This document shows positions 1-8,923 of a stretch of 64,000 nucleotides of DNA, piece by piece (position 1 is the first letter of the stretch; each line of letters opens with the position of its first letter). The stretch covers positions 32,001-96,000 of the forward strand of contig CAXXJS010000031.1 in assembly GCA_963662665.2 (NCBI GenBank), in the 5' to 3' direction. The DNA comes from Candidatus Latescibacterota bacterium (GTDB taxonomy: Bacteria; Latescibacterota; UBA2968; GCA-2709665). Made by a program: the position numbers and the translations under genes. The notes below the pieces were generated by a model that saw only the letters and a list, made by a program, of their open reading frames with translations, ran no database searches and was not told where the DNA came from.

Positions 1-23
1 GACTTCTCATAAAGGGTAACGAA

Positions 24-272
24 ATGAGCGCAGGTGAAAAAATATCGATTTACGTGAGAGGCAGAAGATTCGAGATCGAAAGGGAGAAAATTAGCTACAG
101 CGAGGTTGTAAATTTGGCGTATCCAGACGGCAAACATGGCCCGCTGTACGAGTATGACGTGACGTGGAAAGACGGACCTAGAGGAGAAGAAGACGGCGTA
201 CTCAATGAAGGCGAAGAAACGAAAATTGTCGAAGGGATGAAATTTGATGTCAAATTCACTGATAAGTCGTAA
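24..272 (+). CDS. Multi-ubiquitin-type beta-grasp (ubiquitin-like) protein
   Basis: 82 aa; pattern I.V.G..FE....ISYSEVV.LAY...YDVTW..GP.....G.L..G....I.EGMKFDV..TDKS resembles bacterial multiubiquitin-domain proteins; overlaps the downstream ThiF gene. Confidence 0.8.
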   Translation: MSAGEKISIYVRGRRFEIEREKISYSEVVNLAYPDGKHGPLYEYDVTWKDGPRGEEDGVLNEGEETKIVEGMKFDVKFTDKS

Positions 273-1476
273 CGCTGACTTGTCCGCCTTAGTGGAGGTA
301 GGCTACCGCGTAGAGATACGTGGAGCCTACCTTCTGGTGAAGGGGATTCCGTACGTAAAACAAGACGGTAACATTGCTACCGGAACCTTAGTTGCAGGTC
401 TGGAGCTTGCTGGCGACCAGACTAGACCTCCCGGGGACCATACTGTCTGGTGGGCCGGTGAAACACCACACCGGTGTTCGGGAGATAGCATGGAGCAGTA
501 CTTGAGCTGTGGACACTGGCCATCTGGGCACGACTTGGGCGAAGGGATCACAGTTTACATGCGATGGTCGCGGAAACCAAGGAGTGCTGGTGGCAGCCGT
601 GGTTACAGCGACAACCAAGAAAAAATAGAAACTTACGTCGAGGAAGTCGGCGGCGAAGCCGAAGCGAAACGACCAGGAATATTGGAGGCTGCAAAGGCAG
701 GCGGCAAACCAGAGATTGCAGCAACGACACGGTTCAAATACATCAATACAAACTTGTATCGGAACGGGACAAAAGCAATAGAACAGCGAATAGCGGAAGA
801 GGTAGTGGCGGTTGTCGGTGTAGGAGGAAGCGGGTCTTACCTTGTCGATATTTTAGCCAAGACGGACATAAAGGAATTACACCTTATTGACGACGATGTA
901 ATGGAACAGCACAACGCGTTTAGAATTGCAGGAGCGGCATCGATACAGGAACTCGGAGTCGGAAAGAGCAAAGTTGAATGGCATCAAGAACGATATGCGG
1001 CCGTGAGGGAAGAAGGGGTTTACGTGCATAAACGGCGGCTAGATGTGGAGACTCTGGACGAATTGGAAAGGTTCACCACAGTGTTCATAGCAGTCGACAA
1101 ATTGGACACGAGAAGGAAGATTCAACAAAAATGCAATGAGCTAGGCGTGTCTCATATTAGCGTTGGAATAGGGATGGATATAGAGGGCGAAAATGACGAC
1201 GAAATAGGTGGAATGGTTAAGATAGAAACTCGGCACAAGGCATTCGCGGACATGACGACTTGCGCAAGCGACAAGAATCCAGGAGAAGAAGACGTGGCAA
1301 ACATATACGGGAACATTCAGACTGCCGAACTAAACATGCTTGGTGCCGCACTCGCGATCACAGAGTGGAAGGCCAGCAAGCGCATCTATCGAAATGAAAG
1401 GGAAAGTGGGATCGAAAGCGTGATATATTCAGTAAGCACTGGACGTATATTGCAGACACAAGAGGGACGGAATTGA
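247..1476 (+). CDS. ThiF/E1-family adenylyltransferase with N-terminal E2-like (DUF6791-like) domain
   Basis: VGVGGSGS nucleotide-binding loop, DDD...HNAFR, FIAVD, NIQTAELN; ~170-aa N-terminal extra domain (YLLVKGIPYV...SRKP...Y...EKIETY); ATG at 247. Confidence 0.85.
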   Translation: MSNSLISRNADLSALVEVGYRVEIRGAYLLVKGIPYVKQDGNIATGTLVAGLELAGDQTRPPGDHTVWWAGETPHRCSGDSMEQYLSCGHWPSGHDLGEGITVYMRWSRKPRSAGGSRGYSDNQEKIETYVEEVGGEAEAKRPGILEAAKAGGKPEIAATTRFKYINTNLYRNGTKAIEQRIAEEVVAVVGVGGSGSYLVDILAKTDIKELHLIDDDVMEQHNAFRIAGAASIQELGVGKSKVEWHQERYAAVREEGVYVHKRRLDVETLDELERFTTVFIAVDKLDTRRKIQQKCNELGVSHISVGIGMDIEGENDDEIGGMVKIETRHKAFADMTTCASDKNPGEEDVANIYGNIQTAELNMLGAALAITEWKASKRIYRNERESGIESVIYSVSTGRILQTQEGRN

Positions 1477-1886
1477 GAATGAGGACGCGCAGATGGCAGG
1501 CACTTTGGGTCGCGGATATGCCACAAGAGATGGAAGAAGGGAAGGTGTATGTTTCGGTAAAACACCGGCTCACGGAACATTTGTGTGCCTGCGGATGTAA
1601 AACGGAGATAAGTCTTCCGCTCGGGCCGAGTGAATGGTGTATCGAATTCGACGGAGATTCAATAAGCATTCGACCATCCGTCGGGAACTGGCGATTGCCT
1701 TGTAGAAGCCATTACATTATCCGACACGGCTTAACTGTGTGGTGCAAGCAGATTTCGATCAAAGAAGAAGAGGCTGGAAGGATACGAGACCGACAGGAAA
1801 AGGAACAAGATATCACCAGGAAACAAATGGAGCGAAGATGGTGGAATCGTATCGCGAGAAGAATAATGCGGAGCATTAAACGGTAA
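1473..1886 (+). CDS. DUF6527-like Cys/His-rich putative metal-binding protein
   Basis: MP..MEEG.VYVS, HLCACGC, W....DG..ISIRPSVGNW..PCRSHY.I; start overlaps the ThiF stop. Confidence 0.8.
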   Translation: MRMRTRRWQALWVADMPQEMEEGKVYVSVKHRLTEHLCACGCKTEISLPLGPSEWCIEFDGDSISIRPSVGNWRLPCRSHYIIRHGLTVWCKQISIKEEEAGRIRDRQEKEQDITRKQMERRWWNRIARRIMRSIKR

Positions 1887-1917
1887 CCGGTCTTGCAACT
1901 ACAGGACTCCAAAAAAC

Positions 1918-1960
1918 GCCCAACGGTTTGTCTCTGTCCGTTGGGCTTCTTTCTGTTTTT
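1918..1960 (+). terminator. Putative intrinsic terminator of the Ubl operon
   Basis: GCCCAACGG-N11-CCGTTGGGC followed by a T-rich tract. Confidence 0.6.
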
Positions 1961-2047
1961 CGAGTCAGTTTGGCGAGATGTAAGGATCGGCGCCAGGTTA
2001 CTTGATCCCTGGCGAGAGGTCTCCGATGTCCGAACGTCTCCCCGATC

Positions 2048-2425
2048 TCATGCCCGAAAGGTTCTCAGGTCGAGTTCACCGATCGCGCGGTAGTGTTTTC
2101 CGTTGGCCGTGCAAAGTGCCATGTGATGTTCGACGGCGGTTGCCGCGATCAGGGCATCCGCCAGCGAGAGTGCCGTCTTGAGAGTAAATTCTTCCATATA
2201 CACGGATGCTCTGTGTCCGATGTTTTCAGTGAGGGGCAAGGTCTGAAAAGCGTGATCTTTGAGGAAATACTTGATTTCCCTTAATTCCTGCCGGCTTCTC
2301 GCACCCCGGATCAACTCCGCGTACGTAACGAGCGATACCCGGCGTTCATTTTGCTCTTCAACATGCTGCGCTGCCCCTGGATGGCCCCTGAAAACCCAGA
2401 TCAATACGTCGGTATCAAAGATCAT
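2048..2425 (-). CDS. vapC: PIN-domain toxin (VapC family)
   Basis: DTDVLI, E(LIRG), DALIAATA, TAN.KHY acidic PIN motifs. Confidence 0.9.
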   Translation of the reverse strand: MIFDTDVLIWVFRGHPGAAQHVEEQNERRVSLVTYAELIRGARSRQELREIKYFLKDHAFQTLPLTENIGHRASVYMEEFTLKTALSLADALIAATAVEHHMALCTANGKHYRAIGELDLRTFRA

Positions 2426-2660
2426 CCAGGCGGCCTTTTCTCAGATTCCGGACGTAAGCGTCCACGTCCGCCATATCTTTCCTGTCTCGCCACATCCCGA
2501 AGGCTGAATGGTCCGTTACTGACTTTTCCGTTCGCTGCCGGCTGGGCGACAGAATCGCCTTCTCCTTGCCTCGATAATAGATGGTGACGGACTCGCAACG
2601 ATCGAGCGCGAGCAAGACGTCTTTCATGCGGCGTCTCAAATCCAGAATGGTTGCCTTCAT
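2415..2660 (-). CDS. vapB: Phd/YefM-type antitoxin
   Basis: MKATILDLRRRMKDVL...V.I.YRGK..A.L.P; AFGMW.DR; overlaps vapC; SD-like AAGGGGG. Confidence 0.85.
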   Translation of the reverse strand: MKATILDLRRRMKDVLLALDRCESVTIYYRGKEKAILSPSRQRTEKSVTDHSAFGMWRDRKDMADVDAYVRNLRKGRLDDL

Positions 2661-2675
2661 GATGCCCCCTTAAAG

Positions 2676-2713
2676 TGCACACTTAATATGTGCAATTAAG
2701 GATCGAATGTCAA
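2676..2713 (-). promoter_or_regulatory. Sigma70-like promoter and palindromic operator of vapBC
   Basis: Minus strand TTGACA-17-CATATT; inverted repeat TGCACA-N7-TGTGCA overlapping the -10. Confidence 0.55.
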
Positions 2714-2791
2714 GCCCGAAATTCGATGCAGGCTTTCATGTCGAGGGGCTACTTTTCACCAAATCGGATCGTGGCGCTTACTCGTTGGGCC

Positions 2792-3039
2792 TCACCATAC
2801 TTCGCGGCCAATCGGAGGTCCGGTATCCACCTCGCCGTGTATGTTGTCCTTAGTCACACGGGCTAAAAGGTCGTCCAGATTCAAGTCGGACGCGCTCACG
2901 GGTTCGATGACCAACTTCCCGCCACGCAGCGACAACTCGAACTGTGAATCGGGTTCAAGTCCGATTTGAGTAGCGAGTGGCTCGGGAATACGAAGGACAA
3001 GATCATTGCCCCATTTCTGCACACGGGTTTTTGTGTCAT
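2792..3039 (-). pseudogene. mazE: MazE/AbrB-family antitoxin, orphan, possibly frameshifted at 5' end
   Basis: TRVQKWGN.L.LRIP...L..LLA.VT.DN.HGE.DTG...G.E.W; ATG at 3039 is one base out of frame across an A5 run (or GTG start at 3022); no mazF follows. Confidence 0.7.
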
Positions 3040-3128
3040 TTCTCCACTGTCCATAGTCTTATGTTGTGACGACTACGCAAAAGAACAGGGCGTGACGTTT
3101 AAGGCCTGCCGGCAGTAACATCGATGTG

Positions 3129-3197
3129 GAGCTTGTCGAAGCGACCGTGTTTCCGTCTACCCATCGCCGACCCTTCGACAAGCTCAGGGAGCGGCTC
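3129..3197. repeat. REP-like palindromic element (CCCTTCGACAAGCTCAGGGA family)
   Basis: Perfect 13-bp inverted repeat 3129-3141/3173-3185; 3171-3197 recurs at 14744-14770 with one mismatch. Confidence 0.7.
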
Positions 3198-3331
3198 AGG
3201 AGGGGCCACGTGTGCAGGCTGGCGGTATGGATGCTGTACGCCGTGAGACGTGGATACATCAGAGTGGACAGGGTTAAAGCTTTGCTCTTTCAATCCTGTC
3301 CATCCGGGCCATCCATGTAAATTGATGCGGT

Positions 3332-4216
3332 TCAGACGCCGTAATAGGATTCGACGGGGATGCCGGGAAGGATTTGACGCGCGGTTCGGGCGATGCCGTC
3401 GACCTCGGCGTCGCTCAAGGCTGTCACGTACGATTCGGCGGGTTTGCGGGCAACCGTGTAGATCTGGATGTTCTTGAGTTGCCCGCCCGCTTCCAGGACG
3501 TCGGACAGGACGCGGCAGAAGGCGAGGATCTCTTCATCGGGCGGGGGCTGGCCATGGACGCGCATAAACAGGCTTTGTATAACCAGTGGCCATCTTCGCG
3601 CAGCCAGTTTCAGATTGTCAACGATCCGTTCGAAAGAGATGCGGGTGCGTTCCACCAGGTGATAATATTCGGCCGTACCGGCCTCCAGTTTAGCCCAGAT
3701 TTCGCCGTTGTTCCGGTGCATGACGTCAAACGCTTCCAGGACGGCCGGGACGTGGAACCGAGTGCAGTTCGTTATGGCGGTGATTTTGACCTCCTGCAGG
3801 TCGAATGCACGTTTGACATCCGCGGTCTTCTGCACGATTTCTCCAAAACGGGGATAGGTTGTGGGTTCCCCGTCGCCCGAGAACGCGATATCGTTGATCC
3901 GTTTCAGCCGGTCCGGGATCTCTCTGAAGGGCGGTTGCTCAAATAGCCGGCCCTCAAGCGTGTCGCCGAGGAGGGCGCGGAGTTCCTCGATGATCCGGTC
4001 TTCGTCCACCTCGCGCAGTACGGGCCCAACGGTGCGATCCACCTGGCAATAGATGCAGTCAAAGTTGCAAATCTTGTCCGGATTCAGATTGATGCCAATC
4101 GAGATCCCTCCGGAGCGCCGTGAAAGTACGGGATAAACGTATCGGTTTTTCTCGAAGCGCCTGGGATGCGAGGTGACCGCCCGCCGGACGGCCGTATCGC
4201 CGGATGGAGTCGACAT
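3332..4216 (-). CDS. Radical SAM protein
   Basis: CNFDCIYC (CxxxCxxC), SRRSGG.SIG.NL, FSGDGEPT. Confidence 0.9.
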   Translation of the reverse strand: MSTPSGDTAVRRAVTSHPRRFEKNRYVYPVLSRRSGGISIGINLNPDKICNFDCIYCQVDRTVGPVLREVDEDRIIEELRALLGDTLEGRLFEQPPFREIPDRLKRINDIAFSGDGEPTTYPRFGEIVQKTADVKRAFDLQEVKITAITNCTRFHVPAVLEAFDVMHRNNGEIWAKLEAGTAEYYHLVERTRISFERIVDNLKLAARRWPLVIQSLFMRVHGQPPPDEEILAFCRVLSDVLEAGGQLKNIQIYTVARKPAESYVTALSDAEVDGIARTARQILPGIPVESYYGV

Positions 4217-4261
4217 ATTTTCACTTTCGTTTAGATGGAATTCACATCACCCGCTGTCTCA

Positions 4262-4416
4262 GTGTCCTGACCCAAGAATACCTAACCATTCTTCCGCCGA
4301 TTCATCGCGTCTCGCGGCGTTGCGATCGCTCGCCGAACTTACGCAGGTCGGTGGCGCCTTGCAAGCCGGGCGACTCGACGGCCGAATTCAGGCAGCCAAT
4401 TTCCGGGACAGAACAC
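4262..4416 (+). mobile_element. MITE family A, copy 1
   Basis: Imperfect TIRs GTGTCCTGACCCAAGAATA / ATTTCCGGGACAGAACAC; body homologous to 17181-17334 and 62960-63121. Confidence 0.7.
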
Positions 4417-4600
4417 CAGCAGCTTTGCGGGACATCCCTCGCCTTTCCTGAGATACCACAATATACCAAAATTATCCGTGCCGCGCACATTTCAACCGAA
4501 TTTACGCGGGATCGCACGTGAGGCCGTTTTCCACTTGTGCGCCGGATTGAAAATCGATACCTTAATTCGCGCAGGAAGGTAGACGGAAAAGCGGAGACGC

Positions 4601-4626
4601 GGGCGACCACAAGGGTCGTCCCAACA
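4601..4626 (-). repeat. REP-like hairpin
   Basis: GGGCGACC-ACAAG-GGTCGTCC stem; minus strand begins GTTG, resembling GTAG-type REPs. Confidence 0.5.
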
Positions 4627-4699
4627 AACGCAATGAAAGCGCGGATCGAGGTCGGGCTTTGCTAGAAGCTGACGGCTGACAGCTTACTTAGAGGTTCTA

Positions 4700-5212
4700 A
4701 TGTCTACTTTCATTGGCAACCTGCCGGAACGGACGAAGGTCTGCAAAGTTACGTTTACCAACTGGGATAAGACGGTCGAATGCAAGCCGCACACCAACCT
4801 CCGGCAACTGGCAATCGACAACGATCTCGGTCTCTATAACGGGATCACCCGGTTCGTGAATTGCGAAGGCAACGGGTTGTGCGGAACCTGCACGGTCGAG
4901 GTTGTCCCGCAGGAGGGCATCACCGGGAAGGGCGCGAGGGAAAATCTGCGCTTTTTGCTGCTGAAAGGGAATCTGCGCCTGGCATGCCAGGTGGAGGTTA
5001 CCGGAGATATACAGGTCACCAAACACGCGGGGTTAAAGGGAAAAAAAGGGTACGCACCGGGAATCGAACAGGCCGAGGTGGTGCGCCTTTATCGCGACGA
5101 GGGCAGGACCATTGCGCAGATCGCCGAGCGGATGCAGTGTTCGGAGGCCATGGTGGTCACCCTGCTCGAACGCGGTCGCGTCGAATTGCGCCGACCGGGC
5201 TCGGCAGCATAG
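4700..5212 (+). CDS. 2Fe-2S ferredoxin with C-terminal helix-turn-helix-like domain
   Basis: CEGNGLCGTC...RLACQ plant-type 2Fe-2S ligands; tail VVRLYRDEGRTIAQIAERMQCSEAMV. Confidence 0.8.
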   Translation: MSTFIGNLPERTKVCKVTFTNWDKTVECKPHTNLRQLAIDNDLGLYNGITRFVNCEGNGLCGTCTVEVVPQEGITGKGARENLRFLLLKGNLRLACQVEVTGDIQVTKHAGLKGKKGYAPGIEQAEVVRLYRDEGRTIAQIAERMQCSEAMVVTLLERGRVELRRPGSAA

Positions 5213-5281
5213 CAGTCCGTTGAAAAAGTCGCTCTGCAGACGAGACAGGACGCAGCCCGGATGGGCTTATTCTACGGGCTG
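5213..5281 (+). mobile_element. MITE family B, short 69-bp derivative
   Basis: Left end CAGTCCGTTGAAAAAGTCGCTCTGCAG identical to 62923-62949; degenerate right end ...TTCTACGGGCTG; abuts the ferredoxin TAG. Confidence 0.65.
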
Positions 5282-5315
5282 TCAGGCGCGGGACCCGCGG
5301 ACGAAGTGGTGTGAT

Positions 5316-5343
5316 CAAGGGCGACTACAGGTCGCCTTTTTTG
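5316..5343 (+). terminator. Intrinsic terminator
   Basis: GGCGAC-TACAG-GTCGCC followed by TTTTTT. Confidence 0.7.
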
Positions 5344-5562
5344 TTGTGTGACAGGGCGCGCGAAGAGGCCGACCCGCGCCCCATGGATGCATCCAATCCG
5401 GTTTTCTTAATACGGCCTGCCCCAGTTTAATTTCAACCGGCGCTTCAGCTAATCCGTTTCCGCGACTGGAGAGTAGCCTTCCGAGGCAGCACCGTCACCC
5501 CATGACTCCCTATTGGTGGAAATTCTGAAGCTGACGTTACATCCGATACGCCAACAAACGCC

Positions 5563-8500
5563 ATGACCTGCCGCCATATCCAATTCCCGATACGCACGTT
5601 GTCGCTCATTCTGCTGTTGACCGCCCTGATGTCCGGCCCGGCGAGTGCGCAATCCCAGGCGACAACAGGGGTGATCCGGGGCTACGTATGCGATCAGTTC
5701 AACAATCCGATCGGAGATGCCACTGTCGTTCTCAGGGAAGCCGGTACAAACTACCGGAGAGTTCTCGCGTCGTCGGAACTGGGGCTGTTTACCGCGACCC
5801 TGTTGCCTCTCGGATACTACGACGTGACGGTACGGGCGGAGGGATGGTCCGAAGCCCGCCAGACCGGCGTGCAGGTCCGTGTTGGCGACACAGTGGATCT
5901 TCTCATCAAGATGATTATTGAAATGGAGGAGTTCGTCGTTGTAGCCAGAAGGCCGGCCGTGGACGTCACCCGGACCGAGACGGCCACACGCCTCCCCGAG
6001 GAGGCGGTACAGGACCTGCCCAACAACGGGCGCAATTTTCTGAACCTCACACTGTTGACTCCCGGCGTGAGCATCGTCCAGGGGCCGGACGGAGACGAAC
6101 TGACCATTGGGGGGCAACGCGGCATCCACAACAACATCTCGGTGGACGGCGCAGATTTCAACAACCCGTTTTTCGGCGAGCAACGCGGGGGGCAGCGCCC
6201 GGCCTTTACGTTCAACCTGGACGCCGTGGCGGAAATCGTCGTCGTCCCGCAGGGTGCAAACGCGGAGTTCGGGCGGTCCAGCGGCGGCTTTGTCAACGTC
6301 ATTACCAAGTCGGGTACCAACAGACTCAGCGGCTCGGCGCATTTTTTCGGAAAGCACGACGCGCTTTCCGAAATTGCGAGGCACAACGGCACCGAGCGCA
6401 GGCCGCGCTTCAGACAGGGGCAGTTCGGTTTCACGCTCGGCGGTCCTCTGAAGCGGGACAAGGCATTCTTCTTTGCCGCTTACGACCAGCAGGTGTTGAG
6501 AGACACCCGGCAGAACGACGTCGAGAGGATGGACTCCCGGCTGCGGGACTTTATGGACACGGGTTTCAACGGGGCGTTACGGGGAGACTACGGCCCCATC
6601 GACCGTACCAACGACGCCCGCGCTTTTCTTGCCAAGGTGGATCTTCGTCTCTCGAAGGACCATTCCGCCACTTTCAAATACAACTACACATGGTCCGAAC
6701 AGGAGAACGGCACCTTCGATGTGGACGCCTGGGCGCGCAGCGCCAACGCGATTGAAAGAGACTGGTCCCACGCATTAAACGGCAGCCTGGTATCGCTTCT
6801 CACGCCGAGCACCATCAATGAATTCCGGTTCCAGGTCTCCCGCGAGGACCGTCCGCGTCCCTACGAGGGTCCGGTCAACCCCGATACCGGGCGCCCCTTT
6901 CCCGATACCGGCATGGACTATGAGTACGGTTATCGCTTCGGCATGCCGTTCTTTATTCCGGTGGAATACTACGACACCCGCGTTCAGCTGCTCAATAATA
7001 TCTCCTTTGCCAGGGGCGGTCACCTGTTCAAGGCCGGCGTCGAGTGGAACCGTGTCGAAGCCGCGCAGACCTTTATCGGTTTCGCCAACGGGCGGTACAT
7101 CTTCGATTCCGTGGACGGGTTTCTCAACTTCGTGGAAAAGGGCAACCGCTACGTCGAGTGTTCCGACGGCAGTTTCAGCATCGAGGGCGAATGCCCCGCT
7201 GGCGCGCAAATCACGGGACCGGTCCTGTTCTATCTGGAACAGGCGGGTGTGGGCGGGCTGTCAGTCGAGGAAGCGGGCACACAGCGCATTCCGCAGCACG
7301 AACTGGCGTTGTTCGTGCAGGACAGTTGGCAGGCCTCCAACCGGCTGACGCTCAACTACGGTTTGCGCTGGGAGGCGCAGATTCAGCCCGAACCCATCAC
7401 CGATCCTTCCGAGGTCTTCTTCAGCAATTTCATTGGCAAATCCGTGACCAACGACCAGGGCGTTCACAGGTTCCCGTCCAACGGCAGAATTCCCTCCGAC
7501 CTGGATATGCTCCAGCCGCGGATAGGCCTGGCCTACGACGCGCACGGTGACGATAAGACCCTCTTGCGCGCCAGCGCGGGGATTTACTACGCCCGCATTC
7601 CGGGACTGAATCTGGCCAGCACCCGCTCCACGAACGGCTCGCGAGGGCAATCCCTGTTCCGGTCCAGCGAGTTCACGCCGATCCTGGGGCCGCCCCCCAC
7701 GTTCGGCGAGTTGCTGCCATCGCCGGAGGGCGATCCCTTCCAGCCCAACATATACGTCTTCCATGAGCGCTTCGAAAACCCGCGGACCATTAACCTGAAC
7801 GCGGGAATCGAGCACGAGTTTCATGCGGACGGGCTCGTGGGTTCCATCGACTATACCTACGCCCGTACCGACTATCTCACGCGTTTCGTAAACCGCAACG
7901 ATGCCGCGTTCGGATCTCCCTGGTCAACCGGTTTGGGGTCGGAGGGAGGTAACGGCATCGGCGACCTCACGGCTGTGGAGAGTACGGCGAGGTCGCGATA
8001 TCACGGCTTCAGTCTTGGGCTGCGGCAGATGGCGAGCGACAACCTGCAGTTCCAGGCGAACTACACGATGTCCTGGGACAGGTCCGACGACGATAACGAA
8101 CGCGACCCGTTCAGCTTTCGCTACGTTGATCCGACCCGGCTGGACCGGGAGTGGGGCTATTCCGACCGCGACCAGCGCCACCGCTTCAATGCCTGGGCGC
8201 TGGCCGTACTGCCCGGCGATATCTATATGAACAATCGCGTGAGCCTTTATTCACCACAACCGGTCTCAGCCGCCTGCGGCGGCAACAACCGGGCGTCTTC
8301 GAAGTATTCGACAAACCCCTGGGGGCCCGCCTCCGACCGCATCTGCGCCGACGGCAGCATCGTCCGGCGCAATACCCTGCGCAAGGACCACGGGTTCTTC
8401 TCGTGGGACGTGCGCCTCACCCGCCCCTTTCCCATGGGCAGCGGCACGTTGGAGGCCATCCTGGAGGTCTTCAACCTGTTCAATACGGACAACTACCGCG

Positions 8501-8601
8501 ACCCCTCCAGTGCGGGCCTGCTGTTCAATTTCGACGGCACCGTCCAGTCCGGCCTCGGCGACCCCCGAGAAGTCCAGATCGGGATGCGTTTCGTGTTTTA
8601 G
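5563..8601 (+). CDS. TonB-dependent receptor with carboxypeptidase-regulatory-like N-domain (Oar-like)
   Basis: Signal peptide (ASA/QS), LP.NGRNF..L..LTPG, AEFGRSSGG.VNVITKSGTN plug, C-terminal R.VQIG.RF.F. Confidence 0.9.
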   Translation: MTCRHIQFPIRTLSLILLLTALMSGPASAQSQATTGVIRGYVCDQFNNPIGDATVVLREAGTNYRRVLASSELGLFTATLLPLGYYDVTVRAEGWSEARQTGVQVRVGDTVDLLIKMIIEMEEFVVVARRPAVDVTRTETATRLPEEAVQDLPNNGRNFLNLTLLTPGVSIVQGPDGDELTIGGQRGIHNNISVDGADFNNPFFGEQRGGQRPAFTFNLDAVAEIVVVPQGANAEFGRSSGGFVNVITKSGTNRLSGSAHFFGKHDALSEIARHNGTERRPRFRQGQFGFTLGGPLKRDKAFFFAAYDQQVLRDTRQNDVERMDSRLRDFMDTGFNGALRGDYGPIDRTNDARAFLAKVDLRLSKDHSATFKYNYTWSEQENGTFDVDAWARSANAIERDWSHALNGSLVSLLTPSTINEFRFQVSREDRPRPYEGPVNPDTGRPFPDTGMDYEYGYRFGMPFFIPVEYYDTRVQLLNNISFARGGHLFKAGVEWNRVEAAQTFIGFANGRYIFDSVDGFLNFVEKGNRYVECSDGSFSIEGECPAGAQITGPVLFYLEQAGVGGLSVEEAGTQRIPQHELALFVQDSWQASNRLTLNYGLRWEAQIQPEPITDPSEVFFSNFIGKSVTNDQGVHRFPSNGRIPSDLDMLQPRIGLAYDAHGDDKTLLRASAGIYYARIPGLNLASTRSTNGSRGQSLFRSSEFTPILGPPPTFGELLPSPEGDPFQPNIYVFHERFENPRTINLNAGIEHEFHADGLVGSIDYTYARTDYLTRFVNRNDAAFGSPWSTGLGSEGGNGIGDLTAVESTARSRYHGFSLGLRQMASDNLQFQANYTMSWDRSDDDNERDPFSFRYVDPTRLDREWGYSDRDQRHRFNAWALAVLPGDIYMNNRVSLYSPQPVSAACGGNNRASSKYSTNPWGPASDRICADGSIVRRNTLRKDHGFFSWDVRLTRPFPMGSGTLEAILEVFNLFNTDNYRDPSSAGLLFNFDGTVQSGLGDPREVQIGMRFVF

Positions 8602-8923
8602 CCTCATTTATTCAAAAACCCATACTTGCATGGATAGACAGGATTGAAACCAAAAACAGGGCAAATGCTCACTTTTCCGGGCCAAAGCGATGAATCGTTA
8701 CCTCTTTAGACCGCGCAACACCACACTGACAAATGAGCTTCCGCGTTTCTTTGGATACTGTCGTACAAGACTTCGCTGAACTTATCGTGATACAGCCGGT
8801 TATACAACAAAACCACTGGTCTACGTGAATAATTCACCGCAGGTGTATACATAGTGAGCAAATGCCCGAACCTTTCAATACGCTACGTGGTGTCGATGGC
8901 ATGGTAAATTGGGGGAAGACTCG

